Shown: one piece after another, positions 58,082 through 64,000 of the stretch | How positions within the stretch are numbered: the first letter of the stretch is position 1 | Layout of the letters: each line of letters begins with the position of its first letter | NCBI GenBank assembly: GCA_018651725.1 | Contig: JABIDK010000005.1 | Location: 64-64,063, forward strand | Source of the DNA: Candidatus Falkowbacteria bacterium | GTDB lineage: Bacteria > Patescibacteriota > Patescibacteriia > JAACEG01 | Length of the DNA stretch: 64,000 bases | Direction of reading: 5' to 3' | Program-made: the position numbers and the translations under genes | The notes under the pieces: generated by a model | What the model saw: the letters and a program-made list of their open reading frames with translations, nothing else | Databases searched by the model: none | Told to the model about the DNA's origin: nothing

Positions 58082-59137
58082 ATGCATATTGACGATTTTT
58101 TTCGTATAGCTGTTAAAAAAAAGGCTTCTGATATTCATTTAGCAGCCGGTCAACCGCCAACTTTAAGGATTAACGGTATTTTACGCCATATTCCGGGATC
58201 TAAAGTTTTAACCCCGGCTGTTATTGAAGAGTTAACTTTTGATATGATTACCGAGAAGCAAAGAAAGAAATTTATCGAAAGTAAAGAGTTAGATGTTTCA
58301 TATGAAATTAGTAACTTGTCTCGTTTTAGAGTTAATTTGCATTACCAGAAAGGTAGTGTCGGCATGGTAGCCAGAGTTATTCCAACAACAATTCCAACAA
58401 TGAAAGATATTTTAATGCCTGAAATTATGTATGATTTGGCAAGAATGGATAGCGGGCTTGTGTTGATCACCGGTCCGACCGGTTGTGGAAAATCAACCTC
58501 TTTGGCAGCGATGATCGAGTTCATAAATAATGAAAGATCAGTTCATATGGTCACCTTGGAAGATCCGATTGAATTTATTTTTCTTTCAAAAAAAAGTTTG
58601 ATTATTCAGCGTCAGCTTCATACAGACATGCTTTCATTTGAAGATGCTCTAACGCACGTTTTAAGACAAGACCCGGATGTGGTTGTAGTGGGAGAGATGA
58701 GGAACCTAGAAACAATTGCCGCTGCTATTACTTTAGCTGAAACCGGTCATTTAGTGTTAGCAACCCTTCACACCCACAGCGCCGACCAAACAATAGATAG
58801 AATCATAGATATATTTCCGGCCCATCAACAAAACCAAATTCGATTACAGCTTTCTATGAGCTTAAGCGGTATTATGTCTCAAAAGTTAATCCCTGATATT
58901 AAAAATAGCAGAATTGCCGCCAGGGAAGTTTTAGTAAAAACTCCAGCTGTTGGAAATTTGATTAGAGAAAATAAAATAGCCCAAATAAAAACAGTAATTC
59001 AAACAAGCGCTCAACAAGGAATGTTCACTATGGATCAGCATCTAATTGATCTATATAAAAATGGAAAGATCTCTCTTGAAGTAGCTGAAGCTTATATCCT
59101 TGATAAGGAGATGGTTAATAGTAAATCAAGAAAATAG
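58082..59137 (+). CDS. pilT: type IV pilus retraction ATPase PilT
   Basis: ASDIHL, GLVLITGPTGCGKSTSL, VVVGEMRNLETI, ATLHT. Confidence 0.9.
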   Translation: MHIDDFFRIAVKKKASDIHLAAGQPPTLRINGILRHIPGSKVLTPAVIEELTFDMITEKQRKKFIESKELDVSYEISNLSRFRVNLHYQKGSVGMVARVIPTTIPTMKDILMPEIMYDLARMDSGLVLITGPTGCGKSTSLAAMIEFINNERSVHMVTLEDPIEFIFLSKKSLIIQRQLHTDMLSFEDALTHVLRQDPDVVVVGEMRNLETIAAAITLAETGHLVLATLHTHSADQTIDRIIDIFPAHQQNQIRLQLSMSLSGIMSQKLIPDIKNSRIAAREVLVKTPAVGNLIRENKIAQIKTVIQTSAQQGMFTMDQHLIDLYKNGKISLEVAEAYILDKEMVNSKSRK

Positions 59138-59222
59138 TAAAAAAGATTTATTCGTTACAGGATGTACAATTTACACAAATAAAAAAACTCCGATTACCCG
59201 GAGTTTTTTTATTTGTGTAAAT

Positions 59223-59567
59223 TTATTTAACCTTCTCAACGATTTTTTCAAAAATCTCAGGGTTGTTTTCTGCCAGGTCAGCCAGTATTTTTCTATCTAA
59301 ATCAATATTTTTTTCTTTTAATTTTCCAGCAAATACAGAATATGATAAACCTTGCTCTCTTGAAGCAGCGTTAATTTTAATTTGGGCCAGCCGTCTGAAA
59401 TTACTCTTTTTCTTTTTACGGTCAAAATAAGATCGCGCCCCGGCTTTGGTGGCGGCTGTTTTGGCAAGTCTAATTAAATTTTTTCTTCCCCATTTAAAAC
59501 CTTTAACTTTACTTAAAAGTTTTCTTCTTTTTTTAACATGGGTTGTTCCTCGTTTTACTCTAGGCAT
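59223..59567 (-). CDS. rplT: 50S ribosomal protein L20
   Basis: MPRVKRGTTHVKKRRKLLSKVKGFKWGRKN. Confidence 0.95.
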   Translation of the reverse strand: MPRVKRGTTHVKKRRKLLSKVKGFKWGRKNLIRLAKTAATKAGARSYFDRKKKKSNFRRLAQIKINAASREQGLSYSVFAGKLKEKNIDLDRKILADLAENNPEIFEKIVEKVK

Positions 59568-59574
59568 ATGTTTT

Positions 59575-59766
59575 CTAATTCATTAATCTTTTAATAGTTT
59601 TAATTTCTTTTTTGTTAGTAATTGCTTTGTCTCTTCTTTTGTTTCGTGTGACTTTACTTGGTTCACGAGAGTTAAAGTGGTCTTGCCCCGCAGTTCTTTT
59701 TTTAATCTTGCCGGTTTTTGTTAACTTAAAACGTTTACTTGTTGATTTGTGTGTCTTTAGTTTCAT
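59575..59766 (-). CDS. rpmI: 50S ribosomal protein L35
   Basis: MKLKTHKSTSKRFKLTKTGKIKKR. Confidence 0.9.
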   Translation of the reverse strand: MKLKTHKSTSKRFKLTKTGKIKKRTAGQDHFNSREPSKVTRNKRRDKAITNKKEIKTIKRLMN

Positions 59767-59770
59767 ATTT

Positions 59771-60331
59771 TTATATTTTTTGACTTATTATCACGGAAAA
59801 TCCGTTTCCTTTATATTTAATTGGTTCTTCCATTGTAATTTCTCGTTTTTCGTCTTTTTTTATTTCATTTATAAAATTTTGTATTATTTCTCTAGCAAGT
59901 GGTTTGTGCTGTTTTTCTCTTCCTCTTAAATTTAATTCTATCTTTACTTTATTTCCACTATCCAGGAATTTTTCCGCTTGCTTTCTTCTAAAATCTATAT
60001 CATGCTTTCCAATTCTAACTGAAAGCTTAATTCCTTTGGTCTCTGTTTTTTTCTGCAGAGCTTTTTGTTTTTGAGCCTCTCTTTGTTTTTTATATTGCAT
60101 TTTTCCGTAATCAACGATTTTCGCTACCGGCGGATCTTCTTTTGGTGAAACTTCAACTAAAGTAAATTCTTTTTCACGCGCTATTTCTATAGCCTTATGC
60201 GTATCCATAACACCTAAAAATTCTCCTGCTTCATCGATTAATTTAACCTGAGGAACTCTGATTTGTTCATTTATCCGATATCTTACCTCTTTAACCTGAT
60301 GTCTTTTAGATTTTCGTCTTGAATAACGCAT
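59771..60331 (-). CDS. infC: translation initiation factor IF-3
   Basis: INEQIRVPQVKLIDEAGEFLGVMDTHKAIEIAREKEFTLVEVSP ... KQAEKFLDSGNKVKIEL. Confidence 0.9.
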   Translation of the reverse strand: MRYSRRKSKRHQVKEVRYRINEQIRVPQVKLIDEAGEFLGVMDTHKAIEIAREKEFTLVEVSPKEDPPVAKIVDYGKMQYKKQREAQKQKALQKKTETKGIKLSVRIGKHDIDFRRKQAEKFLDSGNKVKIELNLRGREKQHKPLAREIIQNFINEIKKDEKREITMEEPIKYKGNGFSVIISQKI

Positions 60332-60336
60332 TGTTT

Positions 60337-60369
60337 AGCTTTGCTAGCTTCACTAGCTTTGTTAGCTTT
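60337..60369 (-). promoter_or_regulatory. array of four AAGCTA hexamers with exact 9-nt period directly 5' of infC
   Basis: Minus-sense AAGCTAacaAAGCTAgtgAAGCTAgcaAAGCTAaacaATG. Confidence 0.55.
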
Positions 60370-60412
60370 TAAATTGGTGGGACGCTTAGCGTCCCGATTA
60401 CCACACTAAGCG

Positions 60413-60827
60413 TGGTGGAGATGAGGGGACTTGCACCCCTGTCTGAAAAAGATTTAAAAAATGATCTACAAACTTAGTTTGTTTATAAGCCGAAGCTTAT
60501 TCAAAATATACTTTGTAAACAAACAAACTAGTATATTTCTATCTCTTTAAGATTTAAATTATATATTAAAGAGAAAAATATATAATCGATCCTGTGAATA
60601 TGACACCGAAAGATTCTTTAGACAGGAACTAAAGAAAACGATGCCGGTTGTCTTAAGCGACTACCGGAGCAAAGTTAGGAACTGCAAAAGCGTTAGCTAG
60701 AGCGTTCTTGGCTTTGTTGGCAATAGATTTTGCACTTAAAAGTTTGTTGAACAGTTTTACGAGTTATCCAACTTGCTCGGTTTGCCATTTTTTAAAGAAC
60801 ATTTTCCATCGAAGACTATACATCCCC
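60413..60827 (-). ncRNA. ssrA: tmRNA (SsrA), ~415 nt, predicted tag ANKAKNALANAFAVPNFAPVVA
   Basis: Minus-sense 5' GGGGAUGUAUAGUCUUCGAUGG (compare GGGGCUGAUUCUGGAUUCGACGG) and 3' AGGGGUGCAAGUCCCCU-CAUCUCC-A-CCA; acceptor stem retains the G3.U70 pair; internal ORF ...GCC AAC AAA ... GUC GCU UAA; adjacent to smpB. Confidence 0.8.
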
Positions 60828-60917
60828 GTAACCATTTAAGCATATAAACATCTAAATATGATTTTAAAAAATAAAAACCGCCTTTCTTTCTTTAGGCTTG
60901 TTTAAATATTTAAATGT

Positions 60918-61364
60918 TTAAATACGCTTCATCCTTTCTTTGATTCTTCTGTCTATATCTCTTTTCTTGATTGTTTCTCGTTTTTCATACTTCTTTTTTC
61001 CTCTTGCCAGTCCGATTTCAACTTTTATCAAATTATTCTTAGTATATACTGAAATGGGGGTGATTGTCAAGCCTTCTGCCTCAATTTTACCCCTTAAACG
61101 ATTGATTTCCTTTTTATGCATTAAAAGCTTTCTTTTTCGTTCAGGGTTGTAGCTAACTTGTGATTTTTTAGCTGTTTTGTAAGGAGTTATATAAGCGTTA
61201 ACTAAAAAAGGCTCGTCGTTAGTAAATGTAACGAAACTTCCTTTTAAGCTTATCTGCTTTAGTTTAACTGATTTAACTTCAGCCCCCGAAAGCGCAATTC
61301 CTGCTTCCAGTTTCTCCAAAATCTCATAGTTAAACAAAGCTTTTTTATTTTTAGCTAAAACCAT
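60918..61364 (-). CDS. smpB: SsrA-binding protein
   Basis: KALFNYEILEKLEAGIALSGAEVKS ... LLMHKKEINRLRGK. Confidence 0.9.
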   Translation of the reverse strand: MVLAKNKKALFNYEILEKLEAGIALSGAEVKSVKLKQISLKGSFVTFTNDEPFLVNAYITPYKTAKKSQVSYNPERKRKLLMHKKEINRLRGKIEAEGLTITPISVYTKNNLIKVEIGLARGKKKYEKRETIKKRDIDRRIKERMKRI

Positions 61365-61474
61365 ATAAAATCATCTTAACATTTTAACATCAATAAAATC
61401 AAGATTGTTTGCTTGAATTTGCAACGTGCATTTTTTGCACATTGCTTTTTGTCAATTTCTTTATTTTTAACTTC

Positions 61475-62311
61475 TTACAACGGACTTTTAATATTTTTAA
61501 TCATATTGTTAGATACTTTTGTATAAATTTGTGTTGTTTCCAGTCTGGCGTGTCCAAGCAGTTCTTGGATATATCTAATATCGGTTCCGTTTTCCAAAAG
61601 GTGAGTGGCGAAACTGTGTCGTAATGAATGACAGCTAGCCTTTTTTTTAATTTCTGATTTATTCAAGGCTGTTTTAAAAACTTTTTGCACTGATCTTTCA
61701 GTCAATTTTCCTCCTCTTGAACTTTCAAACAAATAATCATTTTTATCTTTGTTTTTTATATATTTTTTTAAAACACTAATTATCTTATCTGAAAATATTG
61801 TTACTCGGTCTTTTGCTCCTTTGCCAGTTCTAATTTTCAATATTTTATTCTCAAAATCTAAATCACTTACTTTGATATTAATTAACTCTCCTACACGAAG
61901 CCCTGATGAATACATTACCCCTAAAAGTAATTTATGTTTTACGTTTTGGATTACAGCAAAAATTTCACCTATCTCGTTACGAGTTAATACAGTCGGCAGT
62001 TTTTTACTCTTTTTTACTCTTGGAATATTAACAAAAAATCTTCGTCGTAGTATTTTTTCAAAGTAAAACTTAAACGCGCTATAAGCCAAGTTAATCGTTG
62101 AAGAAGCTGAGTTTTTGTCTACCATTTTTTCTAAATAATTTCTAATATCGTCAGTTTTAATATTTTTGGGATTTTTATTTGCAGTCTTTAAAAGACCTGT
62201 GATATAATAAAGATAAGATTTAATAGTTTTTATGCTAAATTTACGTAACTTCATTTCTTGCTTAAGTTTACGCAAAGGATCTTGACTTGGATAATAGTTA
62301 TTTTGATTCAT
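61475..62311 (-). CDS. tyrosine site-specific recombinase (XerC/XerD-like)
   Basis: N-terminal SAM-like core-binding domain; catalytic R (SGLRVGEL), HSLRHSFATH, LGHARLETTQIYT (Tyr). Confidence 0.8.
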   Translation of the reverse strand: MNQNNYYPSQDPLRKLKQEMKLRKFSIKTIKSYLYYITGLLKTANKNPKNIKTDDIRNYLEKMVDKNSASSTINLAYSAFKFYFEKILRRRFFVNIPRVKKSKKLPTVLTRNEIGEIFAVIQNVKHKLLLGVMYSSGLRVGELINIKVSDLDFENKILKIRTGKGAKDRVTIFSDKIISVLKKYIKNKDKNDYLFESSRGGKLTERSVQKVFKTALNKSEIKKKASCHSLRHSFATHLLENGTDIRYIQELLGHARLETTQIYTKVSNNMIKNIKSPL

Positions 62312-62438
62312 AACTTATTTATGATTTAAAATCTACACAAATATTTTAGCTTATTTAAAAAAATAAATCAATAAGTTCGTTAATAACTTGTTAGGCGAAA
62401 TTGTTCTAATTTTTCCTTTTAATCTTTAATCTAATAAT

Positions 62439-63320
62439 ATGGATCAACAAATTAAAAGTGAACAAATCACTCAAAAAAATAACAACAGGATTTGGGCTAT
62501 TGTTGCTGCAATAATAATTACTGGTCTTGTTGCGGGTGTAGGTACATATATGTATTTTGCACAACAAAAAAAATCTACTCAAAAACAGTTTCAGAATCAA
62601 ATCTCAACTCTTCAAAAACAACTTTCTGAATATCAAAGTCAAAACGACAAATTACAGCAACAAATTGAAAATCTTAACACTCAAATTGAGTTAAAAAATG
62701 ATAATAAAACGGAAAAATCTAGTAGCGAAGTAATATCCAATAATAACACTATCACTTTTTACAATAAAACATTTTCATTTGTTGGTGATAAAAACAAAAT
62801 TATTCCTCATGGGCTGGACGGGCCTGAAAACTTTTTTTATGAAGGGCTGGAAGTTTCAAAAACTTTCAAAGGTCCATATGCGATATACTCTGATGTAGAT
62901 ACTACAAAACTCACATTCGTGTGTGATAGCCCCCTGATAAATTTTAACGGTGAGGATTATACAGGGCTTAACAGAAAACAAGTTAACTGGCAATACTGCG
63001 AAACAAATGAAAATGATTTTTTAACTCAATTTGAGTTTAGTGCTGCTAGTGGTATTGGGCATGCAACTGGTGGAGAAATAACTGAAAGATGGTATAAACT
63101 TTATATTAAGAGAATTAACGATGTAAATTATATTTTTATCGGCCCACTTAATGGTGACTATCTAGATAGCCCAAATCCTGAAATGGATCAAGAATATAAA
63201 GATAAATATTTACACATATCTTCAAAAACCTATTTAGATGAAATACGTAAAGATGAAGATATCAAAGCTAAAATTGAAGAATGGGATAAATTTGTTGATT
63301 CATTTGATATTGTAGATTAA
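62439..63320 (+). CDS. hypothetical membrane-anchored protein with Gln-rich coiled coil
   Basis: TM IWAIVAAIIITGLVAGVGTYMYF then QKQFQNQISTLQKQLSEYQSQNDKLQQQIENLNTQ. Confidence 0.5.
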   Translation: MDQQIKSEQITQKNNNRIWAIVAAIIITGLVAGVGTYMYFAQQKKSTQKQFQNQISTLQKQLSEYQSQNDKLQQQIENLNTQIELKNDNKTEKSSSEVISNNNTITFYNKTFSFVGDKNKIIPHGLDGPENFFYEGLEVSKTFKGPYAIYSDVDTTKLTFVCDSPLINFNGEDYTGLNRKQVNWQYCETNENDFLTQFEFSAASGIGHATGGEITERWYKLYIKRINDVNYIFIGPLNGDYLDSPNPEMDQEYKDKYLHISSKTYLDEIRKDEDIKAKIEEWDKFVDSFDIVD

Positions 63321-63334
63321 AAAGAAAAAATTAG

Positions 63335-63500
63335 AACAACTCAAAGGGGCGCTGCGCTTCGGCTCCACTTCGTTACGCCGACCCTCGCCTAACAAGTGAT
63401 AACCGGAAAATGCCTCAGCTCGGCATTTTCCCAAATTCGTTTTCCCTACAGTCAAACGAACTTCGGTTATCACAAACGTTAGCTGAAATATATGTTTTTC
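63335..63500 (+). other. GC-rich (~50%) highly structured intergenic segment: candidate ncRNA or cis-regulatory RNA
   Basis: Nested hairpins GTGATAACCG...CGGTTATCAC enclosing AAAATGCC-tcagctc-GGCATTTT, plus CGTTAGC...GCTAACG; two CTTCGG motifs. Confidence 0.4.
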
Positions 63501-63597
63501 TTTACGGCTAACGCCTACTTTTAAAAAGAATTAAATTTTGTTTTTTATTTATTTAAAGAGGGAAAATAATGTGTTTTCTTGAATTTATTAAAACATT

Positions 63598-64000
63598 ATG
63601 GAAGAATTAATTAACGATAACACTCAAGATTCTCTGTCTCAGCCAGAGAATAAAGCATTTTTTAAAAAACATCTGATAAAAATTATCATCATCGGATCAG
63701 TATTGTTTTTATCTATAGCCTCCTTATCGTTTTTCCTTTGGAGGGATCAAGACACAACAAGTCAAAATACAAACAAAAAACCAAATGATGGTTGGAGGAT
63801 AGAAAGCAATCAAGTTTTTTATTATGAAACTATCACTAACTGCAGCATATCAATGCATTGCGACAGTGAATTAAAAAAAACATTACTCACAGATGCAGAC
63901 GCAAATTCATTTAAAATTTTAAACGACGTTTATGCCAAAGACAACAACAATGCATATATAAGAGTAGACAAGGTGGACAATATTGATCTAGCTACCTTTA
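63598..64000 (+). CDS. hypothetical membrane-anchored protein, 3'-partial (runs off the window)
   Basis: ATG 63598; TM IIIIGSVLFLSIASLSFFLW; DVYAKDNNNAYI resembles DKNNxYY-type repeats; no stop before the window end. Confidence 0.45.
   Translation, partial: MEELINDNTQDSLSQPENKAFFKKHLIKIIIIGSVLFLSIASLSFFLWRDQDTTSQNTNKKPNDGWRIESNQVFYYETITNCSISMHCDSELKKTLLTDADANSFKILNDVYAKDNNNAYIRVDKVDNIDLATF

Noticed and set aside
60413-62311. Genomic island integrated at ssrA with the 61475-62311 recombinase as its integrase
   Set aside because: The recombinase lies on the smpB side, not at the 3' end of tmRNA where islands integrate. It is Xer-sized, and no phage or cargo genes or repeated ssrA 3' fragment were seen. 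Treated as chromosomal Xer.

Overview
This window is AT-rich (roughly 30-35% GC), gene-dense bacterial chromosome. The style fits a reduced-genome lineage such as the Candidate Phyla Radiation/Patescibacteria, though that assignment is an inference.

It opens inside a 16S rRNA gene that carries an ~80-nt expansion segment, followed by tRNA-Ile(GAU). The matching 23S-5S pair does not appear until about 27 kb later (28.6-31.9 kb), so the rRNA operon is unlinked and protein-coding genes have been inserted in between.

Most of the window is housekeeping: infB-rbfA-nrnA-clpP, rny, hup, alaS, maeB, rnpA-rpmH, rluD, gmk, khpA-trmD, gdhA, nfo-ogt, glmS, scpAB, dacA, tpiA-fba, rnc, pilT, rplT-rpmI-infC, and an smpB-ssrA(tmRNA) pair. 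There are five tRNAs; one on the minus strand appears to carry a UAU anticodon.

The accessory or unusual content is:
- an intact-looking ~1.0-kb IS element with perfect 28-bp terminal inverted repeats and an A7-run frameshift at the start of its zinc-ribbon transposase, sitting next to a tandem-rhodanese gene and an Rph/PEP-synthase-like phosphotransferase
- two similar leader-peptide attenuators (encoded peptides MSRKV and M-IVMSRVSSV), one upstream of an HD-GYP-like gene and one upstream of an ABC-2 exporter
- the same ABC exporter locus also has a GC-rich truncated GCS2/YbdK-like carboxylate-amine ligase and an MFS transporter
- AAGCTA arrays with a strict 9-nt period immediately 5' of three ribosomal/translation operons
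- a 1784-aa secreted protein with about 10 FN3-like repeats, preceded by small membrane proteins and a stand-alone CheY-like receiver
- a YbaK-like deacylase with a Lys/Cys-rich tail
- a MITE-like nested inverted repeat between scpA and scpB
- a GC-rich, highly structured intergenic segment near the 3' end of the window

No CRISPR array, restriction-modification system or recognisable defence operon was seen. Coordinates of non-coding features are approximate to a few nt.
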